From contig CAZVLS010000002.1 of assembly GCA_964628295.1 (NCBI GenBank), positions 681,565 to 745,564 of the forward strand: 64,000 nucleotides of DNA. Reading direction: 5' to 3'. Below the pieces are notes generated by a model. It made no database searches. It was not told where the DNA came from and was given only the letters and a program-made list of their open reading frames with translations. This DNA comes from an uncultured Acidobacterium sp. GTDB lineage: Bacteria > Acidobacteriota > Vicinamibacteria > Vicinamibacterales > UBA2999. Position 1 is the first letter of the stretch; each line of letters starts with the position of its first letter. Below, piece by piece: positions 42,465 through 57,018 of this stretch. A program made the position numbers and the translations under genes.

Positions 42465-43247
42465 CTACGCCGACACGCGATCCGGCTCGTGCGTCGCGTC
42501 CGGCAGCGTCAACACGCGGCAACCATCTTCGGTCACCACCACCGTGTGCTCGAAGTGCGCCGACAGGGCCTTGTCTTTCGTGACCGCCGTCCAGCCGTCT
42601 CCCAGCACCTTCACCGCCGGCTTGCCCGCGTTCACCATCGGCTCGATCGCCAGGGCCATGCCCTTTTCGAGCCGCGGTCCGCGTCCTGCGGTGCCGTAGT
42701 TCGGAATCTGCGGCTCCTCGTGGAGCGACGTTCCGATCCCGTGGCCCACGAACTCGCGGACCACCGAAAACCCGTTCGCTTCGACGTAGGACTGCACCGC
42801 GGCGCCGATGTCGGAGACGCGCGCGCCGGCCTTGACCGCCGCGACCGCGCGTTCGAGCGCGACCTTCGTCACCTGCAGCAACCGCGCGGCCTCCGGTGTC
42901 ACCTTGCCCACCGGCACCGTCACCGCCGAGTCGCCGTAAAACCCATCCAGCTTCGCGCCCATGTCGATCGAGATGATGTCGCCCTCGACCAGCGCGCGGT
43001 TCGACGGAATCCCGTGCACCACTTCTTCGTTCACCGACGCGCAAATCGTCGCCGGGTATCCGTGATACCCCTTGAACGCCGGCTCGGCGCCCGCTTCGAT
43101 CAGCCGCTGTTCGGCGATCTCGTCGAGCTGCTTGGTCGTCACGCCCGGCTTCACCGCGGCGGCCAGCTCCTTCAACACCTTCGCGACCAGCGCATTGACG
43201 CGCGCCAGCTTTTCGATCTCGGCCGCCGATCGGAGCGTAATGCTCAC
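42465..43247 (-). CDS. map: Methionine aminopeptidase type I
   Basis: SVNEEVVHGIP, DSAVT, VGHGIG, HEEP, AIEPM, SAHFEHT. Confidence 0.97.
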   Translation of the reverse strand: MSITLRSAAEIEKLARVNALVAKVLKELAAAVKPGVTTKQLDEIAEQRLIEAGAEPAFKGYHGYPATICASVNEEVVHGIPSNRALVEGDIISIDMGAKLDGFYGDSAVTVPVGKVTPEAARLLQVTKVALERAVAAVKAGARVSDIGAAVQSYVEANGFSVVREFVGHGIGTSLHEEPQIPNYGTAGRGPRLEKGMALAIEPMVNAGKPAVKVLGDGWTAVTKDKALSAHFEHTVVVTEDGCRVLTLPDATHEPDRVSA

Positions 43248-43978
43248 GCTTGCGCTCCGTTATTCAGCTTCTTCGCCATCATGCTCTGCAGCTGTGCTGC
43301 CGGCATGCCGAGCGCCGAGGCCACCGCCGATACCAACGCTTCCCGCACCTGCTCCGGCGTCTGCATGCCGTCGATGCGGCGGAACGTCGGCCGGGCGCTG
43401 TAGTAGTCGATCATCGGGCGCGTATCGCGCCAGTAGACCTTCAACCGCTCGCGGACGATCGTCTCCGAGTCATCCGACCGTGCCACCCACTTCGGGCCGA
43501 CCGACCGGCACCGATCGGTGTTCTGGCACAGGTCCGGCAGTGCATCGGCCTTGTGCTCGAACGCGTCGGCGTTCGCGCCGCAGTCCTCGCACACGCGCCG
43601 GGCGCGCACGCGGCGCACCAGTTCTTCGTCCGGCACCTGGATCTCGACGCAGATCACCGGGCCACGTGCCGAGGTAATCTGATCGAGCGCGTCAGCCTGC
43701 GCCGCGGTGCGCGGAAATCCGTCGAGCACAAATCCCGCAATCGCATCCGGCTTCGACAGCCGCTCGCGGACGATGCCGATGATCAGGTCGTCGCCGACGA
43801 GCTCGCCCCGATCCATCACGGCCTTCACCGCGCGGCCGAGTTCGGAACCGCTATGCACCGCTTCACGCAGGATGTCCCCGGTTGAAACCTTGGGAATCCC
43901 ATGCTCGCGTGCGAAACGTTCCGCCTGCGTGCCCTTGCCCGCTCCCGGCGGGCCAAGCATCACCAGGTTCAGCGCCAC
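43244..43978 (-). CDS. adk: Adenylate kinase
   Basis: GPPGAGKGTQA, STGDILR, LDGFPRT, Cys-containing lid. Confidence 0.97.
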   Translation of the reverse strand: MALNLVMLGPPGAGKGTQAERFAREHGIPKVSTGDILREAVHSGSELGRAVKAVMDRGELVGDDLIIGIVRERLSKPDAIAGFVLDGFPRTAAQADALDQITSARGPVICVEIQVPDEELVRRVRARRVCEDCGANADAFEHKADALPDLCQNTDRCRSVGPKWVARSDDSETIVRERLKVYWRDTRPMIDYYSARPTFRRIDGMQTPEQVREALVSAVASALGMPAAQLQSMMAKKLNNGAQA

Positions 43979-43979
43979 G

Positions 43980-45368
<1,389 letters not shown>

Positions 45369-45405
45369 GGTAACCTCAGGGCCCGATCGCTCGGGCCCTT
45401 AAGAC

Positions 45406-45855
45406 CTAGCTACTAATCGCCTCAGCTTTGCCACCAGCGGCGGCCAGCTTCTCGGCGGCCTTGCCACTGAACTTGTGTGCCTGCACGGTGAGCGCCTTGG
45501 TGATCTCACCGCGCGCCAGCACCTTCACCTTCGCGGTGCGGCTGCTGACAATGCCGTGCTCGCGCAGCGACTCCACCGTCACCGTCGCGCCCTTCTCGAA
45601 CAGCGACTCGAGCTGGTCGAGGTTCACCACGTCGTACTCGGTACGGAAGATGTTGGTGAAACCGCGCTTCGGCACGCGCCGGTGCAGCGGCATCTGGCCG
45701 CCTTCGAATCCGCGGCGTGACTTCCAGCCCGAACGCGACTGCGCACCCTTGTGGCCCTTGCCCGACGTCTTGCCGAGGCCCGAACCGGGACCGCGCCCGA
45801 CGCGCTTCTTCTTGAATTTCGACCGGTCAGCCGGCTTGAGATTGTTCAAACCCAT
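45406..45855 (-). CDS. rplO: 50S ribosomal protein L15
   Basis: [37 protein letters not shown]. Confidence 0.98.
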   Translation of the reverse strand: MGLNNLKPADRSKFKKKRVGRGPGSGLGKTSGKGHKGAQSRSGWKSRRGFEGGQMPLHRRVPKRGFTNIFRTEYDVVNLDQLESLFEKGATVTVESLREHGIVSSRTAKVKVLARGEITKALTVQAHKFSGKAAEKLAAAGGKAEAISS

Positions 45856-45858
45856 GAT

Positions 45859-46071
45859 CTATTCGCTCACCGTGACGAGGTGACGGACCTTGAAGATCAT
45901 CCCGCGGATTTCCGGGGTGTCCTTCAACGTCACCGTCGAATTCAGCTTGCGCAGGCCCATGCCTTCGCAGGTCTTGCCCTGAGTCTTCTGGAAGCCGATC
46001 GGGCTCTTCACCAGAGTCACCGTGACGGTCTTCGCATCGCCAGTCTTCTGTGCTTTTTTGGCCATGTTCAA
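45859..46071 (-). CDS. rpmD: 50S ribosomal protein L30
   Basis: [25 protein letters not shown]. Confidence 0.95.
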   Translation of the reverse strand: MNMAKKAQKTGDAKTVTVTLVKSPIGFQKTQGKTCEGMGLRKLNSTVTLKDTPEIRGMIFKVRHLVTVSE

Positions 46072-46107
46072 TGTCCTGTAGCGACGAACCTTCAGGTTCG
46101 TCGACCG

Positions 46108-46617
46108 CTAGGCTTTAGCCTCTTCCAGGTCCTTGCCGCGCAGACGCATCAGGCGGACCGGATCCTTCAGCTCAGCCAGCGCCGTGAACGCCGCGCGCAC
46201 CACGTTGTGCGGGTTCGCCGAACCCAGCGACTTCGTCAGCACGTTGGTCACGCCGGCCGATTCCACCACCGCGCGCACCGCCGCGCCGGCAATGACGCCG
46301 GTGCCGTCCGGAGCGGGCTTGAGCAGCACGCGGCCGGCGCCGTAGCGGCCAACCACCGGGTGCGGAACCGTCGTCCCGTTGACGGGCACGCGGATCAGGT
46401 TCTTCTTCGCCGCCTCGATGCCCTTCTTGATGGCCGACGGCACTTCCTTCGCCTTGCCGACACCGAAACCGACCACGCCGTGGCCGTCTCCGACGACAAC
46501 CAGCGCGCTGAAGCTCAGGTTCTTGCCGCCCTTGACGACCTTGGTGACGCGGTTGATGGAGACCACCGTGTCCTTGATGTCGAGCTGCGACGGGTCAATC
46601 TTTTCGCGTTGACGCAT
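46108..46617 (-). CDS. rpsE: 30S ribosomal protein S5
   Basis: [22 protein letters not shown]. Confidence 0.98.
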   Translation of the reverse strand: MRQREKIDPSQLDIKDTVVSINRVTKVVKGGKNLSFSALVVVGDGHGVVGFGVGKAKEVPSAIKKGIEAAKKNLIRVPVNGTTVPHPVVGRYGAGRVLLKPAPDGTGVIAGAAVRAVVESAGVTNVLTKSLGSANPHNVVRAAFTALAELKDPVRLMRLRGKDLEEAKA

Positions 46618-46992
46618 TTAAAACTCCAGGCCCGCCGAACGAGCCGCTTCCGCAACGGCGCGCACGCGCCCGTGATAGAGAAACCCGTTCCGGTCGAACA
46701 CCACCTTGGTGATGCCCTTTTCCTTCAACTTCTCGGCGATGGTCGTGCCGATCAGTTCGGCGCCCTTGATGTTGCCGCCGGCGACGCCCTTCGCCATCTT
46801 GCCCTTCACCGTCGGATCGACGGTGGAGGCCGACGCGATCGTCTGGCCGTCCATGTCGTTGATCACCTGCACGTAGATGTGGGTGACGCTGCGGAACACA
46901 CTCAAGCGCGGCTTCTGCGCGGTGCCCGTCATCTTCTTGCGGATCCGGAACTTGATCCGATCGCGGCGATCTTCTTTGGTCTTAATCTGCAT
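46618..46992 (-). CDS. rplR: 50S ribosomal protein L18
   Basis: PRLSVFRS, VVFDRNGFLYHGRVRA. Confidence 0.98.
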   Translation of the reverse strand: MQIKTKEDRRDRIKFRIRKKMTGTAQKPRLSVFRSVTHIYVQVINDMDGQTIASASTVDPTVKGKMAKGVAGGNIKGAELIGTTIAEKLKEKGITKVVFDRNGFLYHGRVRAVAEAARSAGLEF

Positions 46993-47014
46993 AAATCACC
47001 AATCACCCAATGGC

Positions 47015-47551
47015 CTAGGCGCCGGTCTTTCCGGCCTTCTTCTTCAACACTTCACCCGTGTAGCGAACGCCCTTCTGCTGATAGGGATCCGGCTCACGCA
47101 GGCGGCGCAGATTGGCGGCGACCTGGCCCACCAACTGGCGATCCACGCCCGTCACGGTGATGTGCGTCTGCTTGTCGATCGCGACGTCGATGCCCTTCGG
47201 AATGTCGAAGATCACCGGGTGCGAATAGCCCAGGGCGAGATGAATCTGCTGGCCCTTCATCTCGGCGCGGTAGCCGACGCCGACGATGTCCAGTTCCTTC
47301 TTCCACCCCTCGGTGACGCCGAGGACGGCGTTGTTCACGAGGCTGCGCGCCAGGCCGTGGAACTTGTTCAGCTCCGCGGCGTCCGACGACTTCTTCGTGA
47401 CGACGTTGCCGTCTTCCACCACGGCATTGATGCCGGGCGGCAGCGCCTGCTTCATCTGCCCCTTCGGACCCTTGACGTCAACGCCGCTTGCGTCGGCCTT
47501 GATGGTCACGCCCTTCGGGATCGCGATCGGTTTCTTTCCAATTCGTGACAT
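47015..47551 (-). CDS. rplF: 50S ribosomal protein L6
   Basis: [26 protein letters not shown]. Confidence 0.98.
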   Translation of the reverse strand: MSRIGKKPIAIPKGVTIKADASGVDVKGPKGQMKQALPPGINAVVEDGNVVTKKSSDAAELNKFHGLARSLVNNAVLGVTEGWKKELDIVGVGYRAEMKGQQIHLALGYSHPVIFDIPKGIDVAIDKQTHITVTGVDRQLVGQVAANLRRLREPDPYQQKGVRYTGEVLKKKAGKTGA

Positions 47552-47576
47552 GACTGCTATCTCGTTTAATGAGGCC

Positions 47577-47990
47577 TTACCAAACGTTGCAGAGAATCTC
47601 GCCGCCGACGCCCGCCTTCTTGGCGGCCTGTCCCGTCATCACGCCTCGCGACGTGGTCAGGATCGTCACGCCGAGTCCGCCGAGCACTGCCGGCACCTCG
47701 CCGCTGTTGGTGTAGACGCGGCGGCCCGGACGGCTGACGCGCTCGATCCCGGAGATGGCCTTTTCGCCGCCGGGTCCGTACTTCAGGAACATACGCATCG
47801 CCTGGCGCGGCGCCTTGCCGGCGCGTTCAGCGGGCGTTTCCACCATCTTGAAACCCGCGATGTAGCCCTCGTCTTGCAGAATCCGCGCGATCTCGGCCTT
47901 CAACTTCGAGGCCGGCATCTCGACGCGCGCGTGGCGCGCCGTGACGGCGTTGCGGATCCGGGTCAGCATGTCGGCAATCGGATCGGTCAT
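47577..47990 (-). CDS. rpsH: 30S ribosomal protein S8
   Basis: [31 protein letters not shown]. Confidence 0.98.
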   Translation of the reverse strand: MTDPIADMLTRIRNAVTARHARVEMPASKLKAEIARILQDEGYIAGFKMVETPAERAGKAPRQAMRMFLKYGPGGEKAISGIERVSRPGRRVYTNSGEVPAVLGGLGVTILTTSRGVMTGQAAKKAGVGGEILCNVW

Positions 47991-48016
47991 CTCTTCTTCC
48001 TACCTAGCTTCCTAAG

Positions 48017-48202
48017 CTACCAGCTGCTCTTGGTCACGCCCGCGACGTCGCCCGTCAGGGCCAGCTCGCGGAAACACAAACGGCACAGGGCGAACTTGCG
48101 CATATACGCGCGCGGACGTCCGCACCGGCGGCACCGGTTACGATGCCGAACCTTGAACTTCAATGTCTTGCGCTCACGCGCCTTCTTCGCCGTAGTTGCC
48201 AT
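48017..48202 (-). CDS. rpsZ: 30S ribosomal protein S14 type Z (zinc-binding)
   Basis: 61 aa, [18 protein letters not shown]. Confidence 0.96.
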   Translation of the reverse strand: MATTAKKARERKTLKFKVRHRNRCRRCGRPRAYMRKFALCRLCFRELALTGDVAGVTKSSW

Positions 48203-48205
48203 CGA

Positions 48206-48868
48206 TTAGTTCCCTGTCCTGAAGGGCATGCCCATGAACTGCAGCAGCTTCCGGGCTTCTTCATCAGTCTTGGCCGTCGTCACCACGCTGACGTTCATGC
48301 CGCGACCCTTGTCCACCTTGAGGTAATCGATCTCGAGGAAGATCAACTGGTCCTTCAAGCCGAGCGTGTAGTTGCCACGGCCGTCGAAGCCCTTCGGCGA
48401 CACGCCGCGGAAGTCGCGGACGCGCGGCAGCGCGATGTTCATCAGGCGATCGAGGAACTCGAACATCAGGTCGCCACGCAGCGTCACCATGGCGCCGATC
48501 GGCTGCCCCTGGCGCACCTTGAACTGGGCGATCGACTTCTTCGCCTTGCGCACCGCCGCCTTCTGGCCGGTGATCTTGCCGAGCTCTTCAGCGCCGGTGT
48601 CGATGATCTTGGCGTTCGACGTCGCTTCACCGAGACCCATGTTGACGACGACCTTCGTCACCTTGGGCACGGCCATGATGTTCTTGTAGCCGAATTCCTT
48701 CTGCAGCGCCGGGATCACTTCCGCGCGGTACTTGTCGCGCAGGCGGATCACCGAGGGCTTGGCATGGCTCGGGCCGCCGCTCTTGGGGGCGTCCTTCGCG
48801 GCCGCCTTCGCCGCCTTGGCCGCCTTGGCCTCGGCAATCTGTTCGTCGGTTGGCTTCGTCTTGCTCAT
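48206..48868 (-). CDS. rplE: 50S ribosomal protein L5 with Ala/Lys-rich N-terminal extension
   Basis: [33 protein letters not shown]. Confidence 0.98.
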   Translation of the reverse strand: MSKTKPTDEQIAEAKAAKAAKAAAKDAPKSGGPSHAKPSVIRLRDKYRAEVIPALQKEFGYKNIMAVPKVTKVVVNMGLGEATSNAKIIDTGAEELGKITGQKAAVRKAKKSIAQFKVRQGQPIGAMVTLRGDLMFEFLDRLMNIALPRVRDFRGVSPKGFDGRGNYTLGLKDQLIFLEIDYLKVDKGRGMNVSVVTTAKTDEEARKLLQFMGMPFRTGN

Positions 48869-49188
48869 TTGTCCACCACTGTGCCGCTCTTGCGGCCAAT
48901 ACGCACGCGCGTGCCGTCGGCGTTCACCTTGGTGCCGATTCGCGTCGGCTCATTGGTGTCCGGGTCCAGCAGCATCACATTGCTGGCATGAATCGCCGCT
49001 TCGCGTTCCACGATGCCGCCCTTGATGTTCTTCTGGGGGTTCGGGCGCGTGTGGCGCTTGATCAGGTTCACGCCTTCGACGACGACGCGGTTCTTGCCCG
49101 GGACCACCGACAACACGCGGCCCTTCTTGCCGCGGTCCTTGCCGGCGCGGACGATCACCTGGTCGTTTTTACGAATCGACATTGCCAT
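48865..49188 (-). CDS. rplX: 50S ribosomal protein L24
   Basis: [24 protein letters not shown]. Confidence 0.98.
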   Translation of the reverse strand: MAMSIRKNDQVIVRAGKDRGKKGRVLSVVPGKNRVVVEGVNLIKRHTRPNPQKNIKGGIVEREAAIHASNVMLLDPDTNEPTRIGTKVNADGTRVRIGRKSGTVVDK

Positions 49189-49192
49189 GGTC

Positions 49193-49561
49193 TTACAGCA
49201 CCTCTGGCGCGAGTGACACGATCTTCATGAACCGGCGCTCGCGCAGTTCGCGGGCCACCGGACCGAACACACGGGTCCCGATCGGCTCGCCCTGGTCGTT
49301 GATCAGCACGGCCGCATTGCGGTCGAACCGGATGTAGCTGCCGTCCTTGCGGCGCTGCTCCTTGCGCACGCGCACGACGACCGCCTTGACGACTTGTCCC
49401 TTCTTGACGGTGCCCTCAGGCGCGGCTTCCTTCACGTTGCACGTGATGATGTCGCCGAGGTAGGCGTAGCGCCCGGTCGAGCCACCGATCGGATTGATCA
49501 CGGACACCTTCCGCGCACCCGAGTTGTCGGCGACGTCGAGGATGGATCGCATCTGGATCAT
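49193..49561 (-). CDS. rplN: 50S ribosomal protein L14
   Basis: [30 protein letters not shown]. Confidence 0.98.
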   Translation of the reverse strand: MIQMRSILDVADNSGARKVSVINPIGGSTGRYAYLGDIITCNVKEAAPEGTVKKGQVVKAVVVRVRKEQRRKDGSYIRFDRNAAVLINDQGEPIGTRVFGPVARELRERRFMKIVSLAPEVL

Positions 49562-49599
49562 GACAGCCCTCTCATCTTTTTCTGCGCCATCTGCGGCCC

Positions 49600-49854
49600 T
49601 TAAACTTCCGCAGCGCGTTCAACGATGCGCACGAGGCTCCATCGCTTGCGCTTGCTCAGCGGCCGCGACTCGGAGATCACCACCGTGTCGCCGACCTTGG
49701 CTTCGTTGTTCTCGTCGTGCGCGACGAACGTCGACGTGCGCTTCTGCGTCTTGCCGTAGACGTCGTGCTGCACGCGCCGCTCGGTCGAGACCACGATGCT
49801 CTTCTGCATCTTGTCGCTGACGACCGTGCCCTGCTTTTCCGCTTTGCCCGCCAT
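49600..49854 (-). CDS. rpsQ: 30S ribosomal protein S17
   Basis: [27 protein letters not shown]. Confidence 0.98.
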   Translation of the reverse strand: MAGKAEKQGTVVSDKMQKSIVVSTERRVQHDVYGKTQKRTSTFVAHDENNEAKVGDTVVISESRPLSKRKRWSLVRIVERAAEV

Positions 49855-49856
49855 CG

Positions 49857-50048
49857 CTACTTCGCCTTCTCTTTCAGGATCGTGAGGATCCGCGCGCGCT
49901 CGCGGCGGATGTTGCGCATCTTGCCCGGCGCCTCGAGCTGGCCCATCGACTTCTGAATCCGCATGCGGAACAGCTGGTCGTCAATTTCCTGCGTCTTGGC
50001 GCGCAGCGCCTCGACGTCGAGGTCTCTCAATTCAGCGGCCTTCATCAC
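49857..50048 (-). CDS. rpmC: 50S ribosomal protein L29
   Basis: [13 protein letters not shown]....[12 protein letters not shown]. Confidence 0.95.
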   Translation of the reverse strand: MMKAAELRDLDVEALRAKTQEIDDQLFRMRIQKSMGQLEAPGKMRNIRRERARILTILKEKAK

Positions 50049-50467
50049 GCTTTCTCCTCGGCAAACCGCGTCGCAAACTTCGTCAGGATCGGCAGCTTGG
50101 CGCCGGCCAGTTCGAAGGCGCGGCGGGCTTCAGCCGCCGGCACGCCGTTCATCTCGAACAGGATGCGGCCCGGCTTGATCACGCACACCCAGCCTGACGG
50201 TGCGCCCTTGCCCTTACCCATTCGGGTTTCGAGCGGCTTGGCGGTGATCGGCTTGTCGGGGAACACGCGCACCCACACCTTGCCGCCGCGCTTCACGAAG
50301 CGGGTCATCGCCACACGCGCGGCTTCGATCTGGCGATCGGTCAGCCAGCACGGCTCCAGCGCCTTCAGGCCGTAGTCACCAAACGACACATCGTGACCGC
50401 GCCACGCCTTGCCGCGCATGCGGCCGCGCTGCTGCTTGCGGTACTTAACTTTCTTTGGCATCAACAT
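50045..50467 (-). CDS. rplP: 50S ribosomal protein L16
   Basis: [22 protein letters not shown]. Confidence 0.98.
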   Translation of the reverse strand: MLMPKKVKYRKQQRGRMRGKAWRGHDVSFGDYGLKALEPCWLTDRQIEAARVAMTRFVKRGGKVWVRVFPDKPITAKPLETRMGKGKGAPSGWVCVIKPGRILFEMNGVPAAEARRAFELAGAKLPILTKFATRFAEEKA

Positions 50468-50495
50468 AGAGTCACCAAATCTTCAATCGCCGGAT

Positions 50496-51242
50496 CTACC
50501 TGGCGCCTGGGCGGTCACCCTGCGGACGACGCGGTCCGCGATCGCGGTCGCGATCGCGATCACGATGATCGCGCCCGCCGCCGCTGCCGCCGAATTCCTC
50601 TTCACGTCCGACGCGCGGCGTCAGGCGTTCACCCTTGTACAGCCACACCTTCACGCCGATCTGGCCGTAGGTGGTGCTCGCTTCCGCGAAGCCGTAGTCG
50701 ATGTCGGCGCGCAGCGTCTGCAGCGGCAGCTGCCCGTGCAGGTACCATTCCGAGCGCGCGATTTCCGCGCCGTTCAGGCGGCCCGACACGCGCACCTTGA
50801 TGCCGCGCGCGCCGAAACGCAGCGCCGATTCGACGGCCTTGCGCATCGCGCGGCGGAACGCCACGCGCTTTTCGAGCTGCATCGCGACCGATTCGCCAAC
50901 CAGCTGCGCATCCAGTTCCGGCTTCTGGATTTCCTGGATGTTGATGAAGACCTCGCGGTTGGTCCGCTTCTGGATCTCCTGCTTCAGCTTGTCGACTTCC
51001 TGCCCCTTGCGGCCGATGATGATGCCCGGACGCGAGGTGTGGATGTTGATCTTCAGGTTGCGCGCGGCGCGCTCGATCTCGATCTGCGCCACACCAGCGT
51101 GCTGGAAGCGCTTCTTGAGATCCTTTTTCAACGCCAGGTCCTCGTGCAGCAGGTTCGCGTAATCCTTGTTTGCGAACCAGCGCGACTTCCAGGTCTTGTT
51201 GAAGCCGATGCGGAACCCGTACGGGTGTACCTTCTGACCCAC
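50496..51242 (-). CDS. rpsC: 30S ribosomal protein S3
   Basis: [36 protein letters not shown]. Confidence 0.98.
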   Translation of the reverse strand: MGQKVHPYGFRIGFNKTWKSRWFANKDYANLLHEDLALKKDLKKRFQHAGVAQIEIERAARNLKINIHTSRPGIIIGRKGQEVDKLKQEIQKRTNREVFINIQEIQKPELDAQLVGESVAMQLEKRVAFRRAMRKAVESALRFGARGIKVRVSGRLNGAEIARSEWYLHGQLPLQTLRADIDYGFAEASTTYGQIGVKVWLYKGERLTPRVGREEEFGGSGGGRDHRDRDRDRDRGPRRPQGDRPGAR

Positions 51243-51244
51243 AG

Positions 51245-51679
51245 TTACTCCTTGGCCTTCGCGGTCTTCGCCGCACGCTTCTTGGCTGCCGGCTTGCTGT
51301 CCGCCGCGCCTTCCGTTCCGACCGCCTTGATCACCTGGGCACGCTCGGTCACTTCAACAGTGAGGTGCGTGGTCCGCTTCACGATTCGGAACGCGCGGCC
51401 CATCGGCGCGGGACGAACCCGCTTCTGCGACGGACCGTTGTTGGCGTGGCACTTCGACACGAACAGGCGGGCAACATCGCCGCCGAACGCATCCTGCTGC
51501 TGCGCGTTGGCCACTGCCGAACGCAGCACCTTCGCGACATCACGCGCCACCGACTTGCGGCTGAATTGCAGCGCGGACAACGCCATGTTGACGTTCTTGC
51601 CGCGGATGAGATCGAGCACCAGCCCGGCCTTCTGGGCCGAGGTGCGCACGTACTTGGCTGTGGCCTCTGCACGAACCAT
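51245..51679 (-). CDS. rplV: 50S ribosomal protein L22
   Basis: [25 protein letters not shown]. Confidence 0.97.
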   Translation of the reverse strand: MVRAEATAKYVRTSAQKAGLVLDLIRGKNVNMALSALQFSRKSVARDVAKVLRSAVANAQQQDAFGGDVARLFVSKCHANNGPSQKRVRPAPMGRAFRIVKRTTHLTVEVTERAQVIKAVGTEGAADSKPAAKKRAAKTAKAKE

Positions 51680-51682
51680 GGC

Positions 51683-52000
51683 TTAGCCCTTTCCTCCAGC
51701 TGGCGCACCGGCCGCCGGCGCTGCCGCCGCGGTCTTGTCGGTGCGGGCCGAGTGACCCTTGAACTGGCGCGTCGGCGAGAACTCGCCGAGCTTGTGGCCG
51801 ACCATGTTCTCGGTCAGGTACACCGGCACGAACTTCTTGCCGTTGTGCACCGCGAGCGTGTGGCCGACCATTTCCGGCACCACCGTCGAGCGGCGCGACC
51901 AGGTCTTCACAACCTTCTTTTCGTTCGCGCGATTCATCGCCTCGACCTTTTCGAGGAGATGCGTGTCGACGAACGGACCCTTCTTGAGTGAGCGACTCAT
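51683..52000 (-). CDS. rpsS: 30S ribosomal protein S19
   Basis: [25 protein letters not shown]. Confidence 0.98.
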   Translation of the reverse strand: MSRSLKKGPFVDTHLLEKVEAMNRANEKKVVKTWSRRSTVVPEMVGHTLAVHNGKKFVPVYLTENMVGHKLGEFSPTRQFKGHSARTDKTAAAAPAAGAPAGGKG

Positions 52001-52824
52001 TACTTACTCCGCCTCTGAACAATGAACTTGTCACTCGGCTGCGGACGACGGGTCTTGTAGCCCTTCGTCGGCACGCCCCACGGCGTCACAGGGTGACGGC
52101 CGCCCGAGGTCTTGCCTTCACCACCGCCCAGCGGGTGATCCACCGGGTTCATGGCGACGCCGCGCACGTGCGGACGCTTGCCCATCCAGCGGCTGCGGCC
52201 GGCCTTGCCGATCGCCACGTTCTCGTGGTCGAGGTTGCCGACCTGGCCGATGGTCGCGAGGCAATCGAGGTAAATCTTGCGGATTTCACCCGACGGCATC
52301 TTCACCGACACGTAGTCGCCTTCCTTGGCGACGACCTGCACGGCCGCACCGGCGCTGCGCGCCATCTGGCCGCCCTTGCCGGGCTTGAGCTCCACGTTGT
52401 GCACCATCGTGCCCAGCGGGATGTTCTTCAGCGGCAGGCAGTTGCCCGTCAGGATGTCGACGTTGTCGCCCGAGATGATCGCGTCACCCACCTTCAGCCC
52501 CGCGGGCTGGAGGATGTAGCGCTTCTCGCCGTCCGCGTAGGTAATCAGCGCAATGCGCGCCGAGCGGTTCGGGTCGTACTCGATCGTCGAGACCTTGCCG
52601 GGGATGCCGGCCTTGTCGCGCTTGAAATCGATGATGCGATAGAGGCGCTTGTGACCGCCGCCGCGCCACCAGATCGTCTGCTCACCGGTGCTGCTGCGGC
52701 CGCCGTGCTGCTGCAGCTTCTCGGTCAGCGGCGCATGCGGCTTGTCGGTCGTGATCTCGTCGAACGTCAGCGAGGTCATCCCGCGACGGCCCGGCGTAGT
52801 CGGCTTGTATTTGCGGATAGGCAT
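52000..52824 (-). CDS. rplB: 50S ribosomal protein L2
   Basis: [26 protein letters not shown]. Confidence 0.98.
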   Translation of the reverse strand: MPIRKYKPTTPGRRGMTSLTFDEITTDKPHAPLTEKLQQHGGRSSTGEQTIWWRGGGHKRLYRIIDFKRDKAGIPGKVSTIEYDPNRSARIALITYADGEKRYILQPAGLKVGDAIISGDNVDILTGNCLPLKNIPLGTMVHNVELKPGKGGQMARSAGAAVQVVAKEGDYVSVKMPSGEIRKIYLDCLATIGQVGNLDHENVAIGKAGRSRWMGKRPHVRGVAMNPVDHPLGGGEGKTSGGRHPVTPWGVPTKGYKTRRPQPSDKFIVQRRSK

Positions 52825-52830
52825 GATGCG

Positions 52831-53121
52831 TTACGCCCCTTCCAGGAAGTCAGGCAGCTTCTCGCCTGCACGCAGCGTGACGTAGGCCTTCTTCCAGTCC
52901 GAACGGCGGCCCACAAAGCGCCCCTGGCGCTTCAACTTGCCGCGGGTGATCGACGTGCGAACGTCGGCGACCTTCGCGCCAAGCAGCTTTTCCACAGCGC
53001 GCTTGACGTCGATCTTGTTGGCGTCCTTCGCCACTTCGAACACGACGGTCTTGCCATCGTCACGAAGCGTCGTGGTCTTTTCGGTGACCAGCGGACGGCG
53101 GATGACTTCAGTGAGTTTCAT
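52831..53121 (-). CDS. rplW: 50S ribosomal protein L23
   Basis: PLVTEKT, ANKIDVKRAVE, WKKAYVTL. Confidence 0.98.
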   Translation of the reverse strand: MKLTEVIRRPLVTEKTTTLRDDGKTVVFEVAKDANKIDVKRAVEKLLGAKVADVRTSITRGKLKRQGRFVGRRSDWKKAYVTLRAGEKLPDFLEGA

Positions 53122-53123
53122 GG

Positions 53124-53747
53124 TTATGCGCCGAGCGCGGCCTCCAGCTTTTCGACCGCGGCCTTGGTCAGCACGACCTGGCGGGTGTTCGCCACTTCGC
53201 GCGCCGTGACGCGGTTGCTCTGCACGAGCGAGACGCCGGCAATGTTGCGGACCGACATCGCGAAGTTCTCGTCGAGCGTTGCGTCGACGAGCACGGCCTT
53301 GCCGGTGACGCCAATCGTCTTCAGCACGCCGACCGCCGCCTTGGTCTTCACTTCATTGGCAGTCAGCGCGTCGATGATGATCAACGAGCCTTCCTGCAGC
53401 TTCTGCATCAGCGCGGCGCGCAGCGCGCCCTTCTCGACCTTCTTGGGGATCGAGTACTCGTAGCTGCGCGGCATCGGGCCGAACACGGTGCCGCCATGAC
53501 GCCACAGCGGGGTGCGCGTTTCGCCGACGCGGGCACGACCGGTGCCCTTCTGGCGCCACGGCTTCTTGCCGGAGCCGCTGACGGCGCCGCGGTTCTTGGT
53601 CTGGTGCGTGCCGCGGCGATCGGCCGCGTTGGCGCGCACGACGGATTCGTGGATCAGGTCGGTCTTGACGCGGCCGCCAAAGACTTCGTCCTTGAGCTCG
53701 ACGCTGCCGACCTTCTTGTTTTCGGCGTTGACGACATCAATTTTCAT
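53124..53747 (-). CDS. rplD: 50S ribosomal protein L4
   Basis: KPWRQKGTGRARVG, GGTVFGP.PR. Confidence 0.98.
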   Translation of the reverse strand: MKIDVVNAENKKVGSVELKDEVFGGRVKTDLIHESVVRANAADRRGTHQTKNRGAVSGSGKKPWRQKGTGRARVGETRTPLWRHGGTVFGPMPRSYEYSIPKKVEKGALRAALMQKLQEGSLIIIDALTANEVKTKAAVGVLKTIGVTGKAVLVDATLDENFAMSVRNIAGVSLVQSNRVTAREVANTRQVVLTKAAVEKLEAALGA

Positions 53748-53752
53748 GATGG

Positions 53753-54439
53753 CTACTTCTTGCCCTTCTTCGGCTTCTCTTGCAGCTGCGGCTGCGGCTC
53801 AGGCTTCGCGGCCACGGCCTTGCGAATCACGACATAGCCGCCGTTGGCGCCGGGGATCGAACCCTTCACGAGAATCAGGTGATTCTCGGAATCGATCTTG
53901 AGCACCTTGAGGTTGCGGACGGTGACGCGGTCCACACCCATGTGGCCGTGCGCGCGCATGCCCTTCATGACGCGCGAGGGGAACGACGAGGCGCCGATCG
54001 AGCCCGGCGCGCGATGGAACATCGAGCCGTGCGTGTCGTGGCCGCCGCCGAAGTGATGGCGCTTCACGACGCCCTGGAAACCATGGCCCTTGCTGGTGCC
54101 GATCACGTCGACACGCTCGCCCTGGTTGAAGATCGAGCACAGCACCTGGTCGCCAGGCTTCGGCGCATCCGCGCCCTTGGCAACCTTGACCTCGCGCAGC
54201 ACGCGCGTCGGCGGCACATTCGCCTTCTTGTGGTGGCCGGTCGTGGCCTTGTTCGCGCTTCTGGGCGGGTTCTTCTCCACCAGGCCAAGCTGCACCGCGT
54301 CGTAGCCGTCGGTCTGGCCCGACTTGGACTGCACGACGATGCACGGGCCGGCCAGCAGCACGGTGGCGGGCTCCAGCGTTCCGTCTTCGAGGAACAGCTG
54401 GGTCATGCCGACTTTCTTCCCGATGATTCCTGTAACCAT
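53753..54439 (-). CDS. rplC: 50S ribosomal protein L3
   Basis: GKKVGMTQ, SKGHGFQGVVKR, HRAPGSIG. Confidence 0.98.
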   Translation of the reverse strand: MVTGIIGKKVGMTQLFLEDGTLEPATVLLAGPCIVVQSKSGQTDGYDAVQLGLVEKNPPRSANKATTGHHKKANVPPTRVLREVKVAKGADAPKPGDQVLCSIFNQGERVDVIGTSKGHGFQGVVKRHHFGGGHDTHGSMFHRAPGSIGASSFPSRVMKGMRAHGHMGVDRVTVRNLKVLKIDSENHLILVKGSIPGANGGYVVIRKAVAAKPEPQPQLQEKPKKGKK

Positions 54440-54482
54440 GATTCGTATCTCAGCTCGTAGCCAGTGGCCTGACGGCTACCGG

Positions 54483-54812
54483 TTACTTCCCGTGTTCCTT
54501 GCCAAACGCCTTGATCTCGACGTCGACACCCGCCGGCAGATCCAGCTTCATCAACGCGTCGACCGTCTGCGGCGTCGGCTCGAAAATGTCAATCAGGCGC
54601 TTGTGCGTGCGCACTTCGAACTGCTCACGCGACTTCTTGTCGACGTGCGGCGAACGCAGCACGGTCCACTTGTTGATTTCGGTCGGCAGCGGAATCGGAC
54701 CCGCCAGGCGCGCGCCGGTGCGCTTCGCCGTCTCCACGATCTCGCCCGTGCTCTGATCGAGGACGCGCGCGTCGTAGGCCTTCAAACGAATTCGGATCTT
54801 GTCGCCCAGCAT
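54483..54812 (-). CDS. rpsJ: 30S ribosomal protein S10
   Basis: [29 protein letters not shown]. Confidence 0.98.
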   Translation of the reverse strand: MLGDKIRIRLKAYDARVLDQSTGEIVETAKRTGARLAGPIPLPTEINKWTVLRSPHVDKKSREQFEVRTHKRLIDIFEPTPQTVDALMKLDLPAGVDVEIKAFGKEHGK

Positions 54813-54839
54813 CTGTTTAGTCTCTGCGCCGTCCCGGCG

Positions 54840-56951
<2,112 letters not shown>

Positions 56952-56974
56952 TACGATTTGCCGCTTCCGCTTTT

Positions 56975-56999
56975 AAACTTGAAACCTTGAACTTTTAAC
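56975..56999. repeat. Heptamer repeat (AAACTTG-like) between rpsG and fusA
   Basis: aaacttg aaacctt gaacttt; same family as 38788-38823. Confidence 0.65.
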
Positions 57000-57018
57000 T
57001 ACGCGCGATAGCACACCG

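Noticed and set aside
42214-43044. 276-aa ORF containing IF-1 at its C-terminus (possible fusion)
   Set aside because: The extension overlaps map out of frame; ATG 42435 gives a normal-length IF-1
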